Positions 10,701 through 22,195 of a stretch of 22,742 bases of DNA are shown piece by piece. Each line of letters begins with the position of its first letter. Position 1 is the stretch's first letter. This stretch comes from Geosiphon pyriformis uo1. Taxonomy: Eukaryota; Fungi; Glomeromycota. The position numbers and the translations under genes were made by a program. The notes under the pieces are model-generated. The model did not search any database. It was not told where the DNA came from and saw only the letters and a list, made by a program, of their open reading frames with translations. Where the stretch lies: positions 9,342 to 32,083 of the forward strand of contig JAAOMT010000668.1 of assembly GCA_016748015.1 (NCBI GenBank), in the 5' to 3' direction.

Positions 10701-12401
10701 TAGAAATCCAGGCCTTTTTTTATTGCTTAAAGACTATGCCAGATCTTAAACATTCATTCAAAATGTTCAACAATCTATCCAACATCTGCTGGTTGCCATG
10801 TTTTCAAAGCTCATTGGAGATACCAGAAAAACCAGCAGCCTTCCTATTAAGCAGAGACTTGACAACCTGTAAAAATTCATTGAAACTAATATCACTTATA
10901 ACATTTGAAAAAGCCACATTATCAACGTAATTAAGAGGGATATATTGGTTGAGCCAGCAAACAGGAGTGGAACTAGGCACCAAATGCTTCCTTGTTCAAT
11001 CTTCCATAATAGTATCAACCATTGATTTAATCATCTGGAGTTCCAAAACAAGCTCATCATCCACTACTAAATGATCAAGCACCACTTTCCAAACATGGCA
11101 ATTTAAAACACTTTTAATCATTTTTTTCTTATCAAAACAAAAGTATTTCATACACTTGTCAATCGTTCTCCTAATGAACTCATCTTTGGTGGCTTTGAAT
11201 TCATAATACTTGGATTTATGATAACTTTTCTTGACACATGACAGATAACATAAAACAATGCTAGAACAAACATCACACTTAATTATTCTATGAACTTTAA
11301 TAGCTTTCTTCTCATTAATGGCAGCCCAAGTGGTAATAAGATGAGCAGTCTTTAAAACTAAATTATAGCTTATGCTTTTCACTAGCTTTGCCATCAACAG
11401 TTTAAGTCTAAAAAACTTTGATGATTGCTTACTTACTGAAACATCAGACCCAGAAAACCACAACTTGGAAAACACCTTATCAGCAGAAACTACCACCATC
11501 TCCTTCAGAATTTCTTACATTGAATCCAAATATCCACAACACTTAGCATCATTGAAAGCCTTCATACTCCCCAAAAACATGTCCAAAGAACAGCTTCTAA
11601 ATTGTGACCAACTTTCATTACTAGCATCCTTAATTTGGAATTTCTATCTATCTTTATTTACTTGCTTGTGCACACTGTTAAGACTTACGTCCAGGAGACC
11701 ATCCAATCCAACTGCAATTGATACTGCTTTGTAATCAGTATCAAAAAATTTAGAAACCAGCTTTACTTTATGGTTAGCAACAGCAAACGCCAGACTGTGA
11801 GTAACAAAAATAAAATTAATGACTTTCTTCATGCCCTGAGAATTGCTCCAAGTACAAGACTTAGCCAAAAAATGTCCATGAAAAGAGTTAACCAAGCCCA
11901 GATCCAAGCAAAACTTGAAACTAGTACTCTTCTTGGTACTATCTTCATTGAAATCTCCACTCACTACCACAAAAATCTGGAATTGACAGCTTTGACAATA
12001 AAAAAATTGATTTCAAATGCTTAACCATATCTTACTTCAACAGATACACCAGCATATAAACCCAAAATTATAACAGACAACTTCCCTTTAAACAAAAGCC
12101 TAATAGAAATAATTTGTCCAGAAACTTCCTCTATTTTAGAAACATAACAGGCTAAAAAATTGTTCATAATAATGGTTACCCTAGTACCAAAAAAACCCTT
12201 GTCTATATCAGAAGAAAAAATTCACATCTCATCAAACTTGTTCATAATCCAAGATCTAATGCCAGGTTTTAGCTTTGTTTTCATGATAATTGAAATCATG
12301 TTACCTGATTCCATATGCCAATGTACTACATCATCTTGCTTAGCTAGAACATTAATACCACGAACATTGCATATAGCAATTTTCTATACCAGATCACTTA
12401 T
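7714..12401 (-). pseudogene. LINE ORF2 (endonuclease / reverse transcriptase / RNase H / Zn knuckle), disrupted
   Basis: Fragments: ICNVRGIN, SGDFNE, TWSNSQG, FFDTDY, RPITLVEIARKILSKIL, AFVDDTIW, YTNGL...TELH...TDSQA. Start ATG>ATA at 12401; stop TAG at 7716-7714; many stops. Confidence 0.93.
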
Positions 12402-14288
12402 TAAAACAAAAAAGACATTAGAGAAACTGAGCCAGCATACAACTGATCTAACTTTACCAAAACTGAATTTACAGAGGCTTCAAGAGCCACAAATTTTGAC
12501 TCCAAACCTTTAATCTTGGCTGTCAAAATTTTCAAACTACTATGACCCAAAGCTGATGCATCAGAAACAGCATAAAATAAAGATAAAGAGACCAATACAG
12601 AATTATCCAAAACTATGTCCTGGTTTAAATCCGAATTGTCAGTCATCAGAACAGCTGGAACACTAAGAAGAAGGAGGAAAGCCAGAGGCACCAACTTTAT
12701 GCCACTCAATTTCCACACAATGCCAGAAATCTGATTCACTAAGAGCTCCAGAGAGCATTTCAGAAAGGCCAACCAAGCATTCAAAGCAGAACTATCAGAT
12801 GAAACAAAAGATAGTACACTATCTGAATCAGAGGCGCTAGAGGGGGGGAGCCAAAACCAAAACCAGAACTAGAATCAAAAAAAGAGTCACTTGAAGAAGA
12901 ATTGAATAAAACTATTTGAGCCCAAGACTTTCCACCAAAGACAGCAAAGCATGAAATTAGAACACACTTTTTAGCATACAATCTAGCCAGTTGAAGGTAA
13001 ATTTCTTTCAAGACAATTTTTTTATAAGATTTTTTTTGGGGGGATGTAATTAACACATCTGGAGAATCATACTCAAGAACAGAATGTCCAAAACAGCTGC
13101 ATCTCTCAAATGAACTTAATCTATCCTAGCCCATGAAAGCCTAACACTACCAAAAATTGGCTCCATGTGAAAAGCAGATTCCAGGTTCTCATCTGAATTG
13201 AAACCAACTACAGTACAGTGAATTTGGTTGCCAGTAACAAGAGAGCAATTTATAACACATGTTTTCCCACCAACTTTTTCCAACAAAATTCCCAAATCAT
13301 GAGCTGTTGTTCTCACAGGCAGGGTAAACAAAAGTGTCTTAAAGCAATCCTTAGACATCCAAGTATCCCGATCTCTTATGGCTATAACTACACCTACTGA
13401 ATTTTTCTCAATGAAAAATAACTATCTTGATACAAGTTGTACAGCCTGCTCCAATTCAGCAAATTTCACCACAGTCTTCTGTCACATTCTAATCAGTTAA
13501 ATCTTGATTGACTTAAAATCACCAAACTCAGATATTGTAGTGATGATCATCTTCTTAGGCGCATCCATAAGAATTTCCTTGATTACTACAGTTCGATCTG
13601 AACAAATTTCTTGTTTTTTGAGATTGTTATTTATATTGATCCCTTTTTCACTGGCCAATGAAGTGGCCTTTTTCATACTTTCTTCAAAAATGAAGGTAAA
13701 TCTGATGATCCCCTCAAATTTTGAGGAGATAGTAGCTTCTCCAAAACCATTGACTAATGAAAAAATTTTTCTGATAAACTGAATCTTTGCTGTAGCAGAT
13801 TTGCCCTCCACCACTGAAAGATTAATATCCAAAGCAAATGACTTTTTAACAGAAACTTTCACAGACATTTTTACAATTTTAGGATCTATCTACTTCTTAT
13901 CCAAAGATATACCAAGAAGAGATGGGAAAAGTTTCACTTCATCTTTTATTTCATAATTGGGGGAGCCAAAAAGAGATCCAAAAATCATGCTGGAAATCAC
14001 TTTCTTTACTTTAGAAGTAGTGGCTGCTGAGCCTAAAAGAGACCCACTGTTGACACTCTCCATGACTATATTGTCTTTATTACAACTAGATTTACTATCC
14101 ATGTCTGAGTACATACTACCAGAATTAAGTTTGACTAAAGAAATGTTCTTTTTATTATCTGAATGTTTAATATTACCAAGAATTATCTTCTTTTTTTGCG
14201 AGAAAGAACTACCAGTAGGATTATGGAGAGTACCCTTAAGCACTTTTTTCTTAGATATATTACTGCTAAAAGCAGTCTTCAAATCCAT
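12398..14288 (-). pseudogene. LINE ORF1 (RRM-like + coiled coil), disrupted
   Basis: VKKSFALDINLSVVEGKS, LLFTLPVRTTAHDL, GGKSWAQIV and KILTAKIKGLESKFVALE each match the + strand ORF1. Confidence 0.9.
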
Positions 14289-14419
14289 GACAAAGGAATT
14301 ATTAGGTAAAAAAATATTGATATAAACTTAACAAGAAAAAATAAAAACTTCTTTATCAAAAAAGTGCTCTTTGAGGATTTATGGATGTAAAAGAAAAAAA
14401 GTTTTTTTTGTTGGGCCTT

Positions 14420-14450
14420 GTTTATTAAATTTTAATAATAAAAATATAAA
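14420..14450 (+). mobile_element. Displaced 3' tip and A-rich tail of ORF1-only copy B
   Basis: (GGGCCTT)GTTTATTAAATTTTAATAATAAAAA matches the copy A end (AAGTCTT)GTTTGTTAAACATTAATAAAAAA. It is followed by TATTATATATTA (14451-14462), also found at 5510-5521 (possible TSD, low complexity). Confidence 0.7.
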
Positions 14451-14713
14451 TATTATATATTATTATTATATTAAATTAATTAGATTTTTTATAAAATAAA
14501 TTTTGAATTATGATTTTTTTTACTACTAATTTAACTAGATTTTATAAATTGTAATCTTTAATAATTAGATATACAAAAAATTCAAGATGCTTTAAAAAAA
14601 TTAATATTCTAATTTATTTGTAATTTATAAATTTAATTTTAAAACATAAATATACTTAGATATATAGAAAATATAGTTCAAATATATAAATAAAGACTTT
14701 TAAATTCAAAATT

Positions 14714-15522
14714 NNNNNNNNNNNNNNNNNNNNNNNNNNNNNNNNNNNNNNNNNNNNNNNNNNNNNNNNNNNNNNNNNNNNNNNNNNNNNNNNNNNNNNN
14801 NNNNNNNNNNNNNNNNNNNNNNNNNNNNNNNNNNNNNNNNNNNNNNNNNNNNNNNNNNNNNNNNNNNNNNNNNNNNNNNNNNNNNNNNNNNNNNNNNNNN
14901 NNNNNNNNNNNNNNNNNNNNNNNNNNNNNNNNNNNNNNNNNNNNNNNNNNNNNNNNNNNNNNNNNNNNNNNNNNNNNNNNNNNNNNNNNNNNNNNNNNNN
15001 NNNNNNNNNNNNNNNNNNNNNNNNNNNNNNNNNNNNNNNNNNNNNNNNNNNNNNNNNNNNNNNNNNNNNNNNNNNNNNNNNNNNNNNNNNNNNNNNNNNN
15101 NNNNNNNNNNNNNNNNNNNNNNNNNNNNNNNNNNNNNNNNNNNNNNNNNNNNNNNNNNNNNNNNNNNNNNNNNNNNNNNNNNNNNNNNNNNNNNNNNNNN
15201 NNNNNNNNNNNNNNNNNNNNNNNNNNNNNNNNNNNNNNNNNNNNNNNNNNNNNNNNNNNNNNNNNNNNNNNNNNNNNNNNNNNNNNNNNNNNNNNNNNNN
15301 NNNNNNNNNNNNNNNNNNNNNNNNNNNNNNNNNNNNNNNNNNNNNNNNNNNNNNNNNNNNNNNNNNNNNNNNNNNNNNNNNNNNNNNNNNNNNNNNNNNN
15401 NNNNNNNNNNNNNNNNNNNNNNNNNNNNNNNNNNNNNNNNNNNNNNNNNNNNNNNNNNNNNNNNNNNNNNNNNNNNNNNNNNNNNNNNNNNNNNNNNNNN
15501 NNNNNNNNNNNNNNNNNNNNNN
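14714..15522. other. Assembly gap
   Basis: N run. Confidence 1.
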
Positions 15523-15557
15523 TCGCTATTTCTCTGGACACACCTATATTTGTGGCT

Positions 15558-17516
15558 ATGGATCCGGCTGGCTCTTCTGCTGGTGTTTCGGGCTCGATTT
15601 CGACTGGGTTGGGGTCCCGGTCAGGCTCTAAAAAGAAGGCTCGCATTGAGAGTGTCTACTCTCGTGGTGCCTCTTTCAAGAAAGTGAGGAAACCTGTCGT
15701 GTCTGGTACCGTGGTAGATTCTCCAGCTGGACTTTTGTATGCAGACCCGTTGCTGGCTGATGGCGGTGAACGTAAGGCATCTTGGGGTAGTGAAGTGGAG
15801 AATGAGAGTAACAACATCAGCGAAGTGTCCGACTTGGAGGATATGAAAAACTTGGTTGCCGAAGAAACTAGTTACATCGATTCCAATGCCTCTGGAAACG
15901 ATGACTTGATGGATGACATTACTCCGAGGAAGACGAGGATGAGGACGTATGTCTTAGGCAGGCCGCCGAAACAACCTTCTTTCAACCTGGAAAATGACGA
16001 CAATAGTGTTTTGGAGCTCCCTCCTCACACATTTGTTGGGTCCAATCAGTTGCCGCCGCCCAAGTCATGTGGTTTAGAATGTCGTTGTTTCAAGCCAGTA
16101 AAATCTTTCGCTTTAGATGTGGAGTTGTCAGCTGTGCCTGGAAAGTCAAATAGTGATAAGTTGTTTAAGATCAAAAAGATTTTTTATAAAATTGACGGTT
16201 TTGGGGGTGCTTCGACTCCCTCAAAATTTCCTGGAGTCATTAGGTCAACTTTCACAAGTGAGTCTAGTTTGGTTAAGGCCAGAGAGTTGGCGATCTGTGA
16301 AAAAATATTGGTAAATGATGATCTAAAAAAAGTAAACAGCCATTCAGATCGGGAGGTGATCATCAAAAAAATCTCAGTAGATCTTCCCAAATCGGCAATT
16401 GAGGCGGTGTTTTCCAGGTTTGGCAAGATTGTTTCAATCAAAGTGCAGCTTATTGGTCTTTGGCAAAAGGCCCTGGTAGAATATGAATCATCTGAGATAA
16501 CTGATTTGGTCGCAGCTAGATGGTCTGTGCTCATGGGAAAGGATTTGGTCCGAGTGGCAAAAGCAAATATTGATAAACAAACGTGGGTATCGAGAGATCA
16601 GCATCGGGCTTTACTTTATACTCTTCCAGTTGGCACTAATGCTCATGACCTCTCCAATTTGTTGGAATCATATGATGGGAAGACTTGTTATATCGGCCGT
16701 AACCCTAGTTCATATGTTCGTGATAGATGTGCTGTAATTTGTTTTGGTGATGAGGCGTCCAAATTGGCTGTTATTGGTACCGTTCCAGTTTTCAGGAATG
16801 TGAGTTTGCATTGGGCTGGTCTTTCTTTGGCCAGTTGTGCTCATTGTAAACAATTTGGTCATGTTTCGGTCAATTGTTCCTTGGGTATGTATTCTGGTGT
16901 TTGAGGAAGAAGGGTGGTTTCTGAGCAAGATCGGGTTCGTCTAGCTGGGATATATAAGAAGAAGTCGGCCCCTGTCGCTCGTCCAGTTTCTTTTGGTGGG
17001 AAGACGTGGGCCCAAGTGGCAGGTAGTTCCCCCTCTCGCGTTGTCTCTTCAGGTGCTCCTTGTGTCAGTTTGGTCTCTGGTTTGATGGCTTTCCCAATGG
17101 ATTCCTCCTCGTTTAGTGCCGCTGATCTAGGTGGTCGCCTAGCTGTGCTGGAACGCTCCGTGGAAATTCTCTCAGACCAAGTCTCACTCATTTTAAAGAA
17201 GTTAAGTTTTGTTGACTTGGTGCCATTGGCGTCTTCTCCCTCAGCTCTTCCTTTGGTGTCTCTGACTGCCATTGTTTCAGATATGGACCCGGGTTTGGAG
17301 TTGGATGGCACGTTGTTGTCATCTGCCTCTTTTTCTCCCAATGTTGGTGGGTCAGTTGTTGATTTCAGCCCGAGCAGTTCTAAGGTTTTGACTGCCAAGA
17401 TTGGCAGTTTGGAATCGAATATGATGGCTCTTGAGGCTTTAGTTCACTTGGTCTTGGATAAATTGGATCATCTGCGTTCTGGATTGGGTTCATTGGCTTT
17501 TCCTCCGTCTCAATGA
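15558..17516 (+). pseudogene. LINE ORF1p, 652 aa when one premature stop is repaired
   Basis: ORFs 15552-16904 and 16914-17516 share a frame, split by TGA 16902-16904 (likely from CGA). RRM-like VIIKKISVDLPKSAIEAVFSRFGKIVSIKV...ALVEY; CX2CX4HX4C knuckle CAHCKQFGHVSVNC; two C-terminal heptad segments; ATG in GCTATGG context. Confidence 0.92.
17513..17516 (+). promoter_or_regulatory. ATGA overlapping ORF2 start / ORF1 stop (putative termination-reinitiation)
   Basis: ...TCT CAA TGA: ATG at 17513-17515 overlaps TGA at 17514-17516. Confidence 0.8.
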
Positions 17517-20500
17517 GTAGTTTGGTTTGGAAATTTGCTACGTGCAATGTTCGGGGTATCAATGTTCCTGCGAAACAAGTGGATGTTGTTCGTTGGCATG
17601 TGAACTCGGGAAATATGGTTTCTTTTATCACTAAGACTAAGTTGAGGTCCTCTTCTGGGCCGTGGATAAAGGATAAGTTTGATGGAGTGCGAGTATTTTC
17701 TTCTGGCTTGGATAAGGGTTTCATGGGTGCTGGGGTTGCGATTGTTATGAACACTTCTTTGGCTCGTCATGTATCCAAGGCGGAGGAGATTCCTGGTCGG
17801 GTTATTTCTGTTCGGCTCCTGTTTAAAGGCAAGCTCTCGGTTACTTTTTTGGGGTTGTATGCTGGTGTCTCCTCTGGGGCTAGATTTGGTCAGGCTTCTG
17901 AAGTTAACACCTTCATTGCAAAGGCAGTCAATTCCAGCAATTTTGTTGTCTTGGGTGAGGACCTTAATGAGAATCGATCTGGTAGAAGTGCTAGTTTCAA
18001 GTTTTGTTTGAGTTTGGGTTTGGTCAATTCATTTGTTGGTCATCATTTGGCTAATTCTTATACGTGGAGCAATTCGAAAGGGGTTGGGAAAATGATTGAT
18101 TACATTTTTGTTGGTGGTAATTTGTCTTCTGCTGTTACTGGTCATCAAGTTGTCTCTGTTTCGGATTTCTTTGACACCGATCACAAAGCAGTTGTGGTTT
18201 CAGTCGGTTTGGGTGGGCTTCTAGATGTACAATTGAACAGTTTGCGCAAGCAGGCAAATAAGGATCGTTGGAAGTTTAAAATCAGGAATGCTGACTGTGT
18301 TGGATGGGCTAAGTTTAAGGATCTCTCGTCAGCTAAACTTTTGTCTTTGGGTGAGGTGTTCTCTGGTGCCGAAATACGTGGTGATGTGGATGCTATGTGG
18401 GCGGTTCTGGTGGGAGCTGTGGTGGATTCTGCTGATGTGACATTTTCGAGGCATTGGTTTAGTGAATTCAAGTGTTCGAGAAACAAACATTCTTCTAGGT
18501 TTTTTGGTCTGGAATTGTTGGTGGTTAAGATTGTCAAAAAATTTTGCTCTGGTGGCTTTCTGGGTGCTGATCGTCTTGTGAGTAAATGGTCGACTCTGGA
18601 TGACGCGAAGGCTCGTGCTTTCAAGGATTTGGTCGGCTCGGGTGTTAAATTTGATGTTGTTGTTAGGCATTTGTCATTGGTTCGTAGAGATTACAGGAGG
18701 TCGAAGATGTTTGAGTCAAAGTTGGCTGAGGAAGCTTCGGTTAGGAAGGCGATTGAGAAGCGCATGGATAATTTCTGTTCAGATAAGGGTAGTATGATCA
18801 GGAGTGTGTTGGAAAAGCCTTTTCGCAAGGTTGTGTTGGATCACTTGATAGTTGATAATAATCTGGTTTTGTTGCCTGAAGAGGTGAAGTTCAGTGTGGA
18901 TGGAATAATGGAGGGATGGACGAGGAAATGCTCTGTGCAGTCAGTGCTTCCTGATCTTTGGGCTCATCAGTACGCGCCTTTGGACTATGTTAGGGATGAT
19001 GCTTTTTCAGGTGTTATGAGTGCAATCAGTATGGGCGAGTTACTTTCTGTTGTTGGTAGTCTTCTTGATGGCAAGGCTGCTGGTTTGTCTGGTGTTCCTA
19101 ATGAATTATGGAAACATGGTGGGGAGGTAGTTTTGGGGTGCCTGCTGGTGCTGTTTAATAAATGTTTGTCAGGTGGTGTGGTGCCTGTTTTGTGGAAGAG
19201 GACTTGGGTGTCAATGATTCCTAAGCCTTATAACTGGGATGGAGTTCTTACGAACACTCGGCCCATTGCTTTGATTGAGACTGCCAGAAAGATTCTTTCC
19301 AAGATTTTGTCTGACCATATTTCAATGGCTTGTAGCAAGTTCAATGTTCTTCAGGGTGACAACTTTTCGGTGCTGAAGGGTATGTCAACGCAATCTCCGG
19401 TGTTTGCTGTCGGTTCGGTAATTGAGGATGCCATTGAGAAGGATAGGGAGTTATGGTTGGTCTTGCAAGATATGCGGAAAGCTTACGATTCAGTTGGGTG
19501 GCATCATTTAAGAACTAGTTTGCGGCATGTCAAGATGTGTGAGAGGTTCATAAGGTTTTTTGGTGGTATTCATGAGGATAGAGCTAATAGGGTGATGACT
19601 GACTTTGGTTTGTCTGGTGGTTATAAGGTGCATGATGGGTTGGACCAGGGTGAGGTCTTTTCGCCACTTCTTTGGAGGATTTTTTACGATCCACTTTTGT
19701 GTGAGGTTAAAAGGCACGAACAATTGTGTGGATACCAGATTGATACTAAGTTTGTTTCGAAATCTGGCAGGATTGAGGGCAGTGGTGGTTTGACATCATA
19801 TTTTTCGGCTGGTGCGTTTGTCGATGATATGATCTGGGTTGGAAATTGTCAGGCTTCTACTCAATATGCTCTGAATATTGCCAGTGAATTTTTTGTGATC
19901 AATGACATTTCTATCAATAGTGAGAAGACGGTGGCTATTCCCATCAATCAGGGCGTTAAAGTTGCTTCACTGAACATTTGTGGTCAGCCAATTTCTATTG
20001 TCAAGAAAGGGAAAGCACATCGGTATCTGGGTATTTTTCTGTCAACTGAGGGGCTCTCCAAGCCGAGTGTTGCCAAGGCTCATGCGGATGTACGTTTCTT
20101 TGTCAATGTTGTGCTTAGGAAGGCTATTACGGACAAACAATTCTCGTATCTGGTGTCAGCTGTTTTGCAGCCTATTGTTAACTATCGTACTCAGTTCAGT
20201 TTTGTCTCATCTAATGTTTGTCGCAAGTGGGATGTCTTGGTTAGAAAGGGTCTTAGGTCCAAAGCTTGTCTCCTCCGTGATTTTTCTGATGCTGCTTTGC
20301 ATCATCCTTCATTGTATGGACTAAAGCCTTTTGAGCAGATGCAGTCTGAAGGGAAGGTTGCTGCTTTGATGGCATTCTTTAATGCTTTTGGCATTCTTGG
20401 GCATTTGTTTAGACATAGGTTTTTGAACCTACAGGTTCTTGGTTGGGCTCCTTTAGATCCTTTGCAGTTTCCAGTCAGGTTGCGTGTTAGTCCGGTGAAC

Positions 20501-20911
20501 AATTTTTTGGCTGGGATGGTGAAGATCTTTCTGGGCAGTGAGCTTACTTTGGTAAACAACTTCCCCACTGCATTTTGTAGTTCTGGTCGGTTCCCGTTGT
20601 CCTCTGTTCTTGGAAAGTCTCTGTATTTTGATTCGGTCAAATCTCTTAAGCGTTTTGGTATCACTTTTGGTGATCGGCTTTTTGATAAGAAAGGTGTTTT
20701 GTTGGATTGAAAAACTTTTCGTCGTTGGAAGAGGTTGGATCCACGTGGCCCTGTGCCTCACTGGTTCATGGTTTCTTCTGAGTTTTTGAAAGGTTAGGGT
20801 TACTCATTTTCTGGTTCTGTTGGCTCAGCAGAGAAGCTGGGTTTGGACATTTTGGGGTCTGGGGAATTTTCTGCGGTTAAAGATGGATTGCATGACATTT
20901 GGTCAGACTCT

Positions 20912-21305
20912 TTTGAAGTTTTCATGGATGGGTCTTTGAGAAATGCGGGCTCTGCTGAAGTTGCCTGTGGTGCTGCTGCGTACTTTCCGGTCTTGGATAT
21001 GAGTATTGGTGTCGCTGTTCATGGTCTTTTGTCATCTACTATGGCCGAGTTACAGGCTGTCACTTTGGCTTTGGAGTGTGTTCCTTCTTCAAGTACTGTG
21101 GTGTTGCGTCTTGACAGCCAGGCTGCCATTGACGCATGTGTGTCTGAGATGTCTTTGGGTGCTTCTGATTTCCGTAATCAATGCTGGCTGGAAAGGCGTC
21201 ATATTTTCAATTTGGTCAGGAATAAGGATCTTAGTGTGAGTTGGGTTAAGGTAAAAGGACACTCTGGGATTTCTGGTAATGTGAGAGCTGACTTGGCTGC
21301 TGGAG
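20912..21305 (+). other. RNase H domain of ORF2p
   Basis: DEDD catalytic set plus His: FMDGS, MAELQAV, LDSQAAI, KVKGHSGISGNVRADLAA. Confidence 0.93.
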
Positions 21306-22195
21306 CTGCCTCTGGGTCTTCCTTTTCTCTTTGTGCCGATGTGCGTGAACATTTTTTGGTTGCTGAGGGTGTCGCTGTTTCTGGTAATGCCCGTCATTTT
21401 GTCAGAAATATCTTTCGATCAATTCGTTGTGCTCGTTGGGAAGCTGGGCCTGGTTGTGATGTAGTTCCGGATGTGATGGTTGGTTGCATAGACTGGGTTG
21501 TCACGGCAAAGGTGTGGCATGCTGATTCTTATATGCTTGCTGGTTTTACTAGCCGCACATCTTCATTGCTTCGCACTTATGTTATGAAGGCTGTGCACAG
21601 GAGGTTGCCGGTGGCCATTAGGAAGAGGTTGTATGATAAATGCTACCCTAGTGTGTTGTGTTTGCTTTGCAGTGAGGTGGAGTTCTCTGACCACGTTTTT
21701 ACTTGTGTTCATGAGTCTGGCATTCATGGTGAGATTTTGGCGGAGGCTTCTGCTCGTTGGTCAGCTTTGTCTGGTGGTTCCTCTGCTTCTGCTGTGTTGT
21801 GGGTTTTGTCTCAATGTTCCATTGATGTTGGGCTGTACACTTTGGTGTGCAAAGGGTTTGTGCTGGAGAAGTGGTATGAGGAGGCTTGCGATGTTTTTGA
21901 GGATAGAAAAGTGGCCACTGCTAGGATTGTTGAGTATGTTAGGTTCGTTGTTGGTTTACATCGTGCTAAAGTATGGTTGGCTAGAGCCAGCCACCAAGTG
22001 GTGATGGAGAAGGCTGGTCTGGTCTGTGATGTTGGTGTTGTTTCTGGGCTCCCTTGTGGTGTGTCTTCGGTTTTGTCTGATGGTGTTGTGAAATTGCTTG
22101 GTTTGGCCAATTCTTTTGCTGTTAGCTTTGGTCGTCGGAAGCCTTTTTGTTTCTTTTCTGGTCTGGGTGGCAGTGTGCAGGTAGTTATAGATGTG

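Larger units (their letters stand above)
7581..14409 (-). mobile_element. Full-length decayed LINE (APE-RT-RNase H type), ~6.8 kb
   Basis: Collinear with the + strand LINE from ORF1 to the 3' UTR. AATAAA plus A-tail (TTTATT 7587-7592, T-run 7579-7589). Flanked by a TSD. Confidence 0.95.

Noticed and set aside
6408-15646. Long ORFs 6408-7175, 6413-7012, 14678-15646 and the tail of 4208-4597
   Set aside because: They are open only because they run through N gaps.
16902-16904. Programmed stop-codon readthrough in ORF1 (also at 20708 and 20795 in ORF2)
   Set aside because: Each stop is one transition away from a sense codon (CGA, TGG, CAG), and the homologous regions of the - strand copy are open (Trp at the 20708 position).
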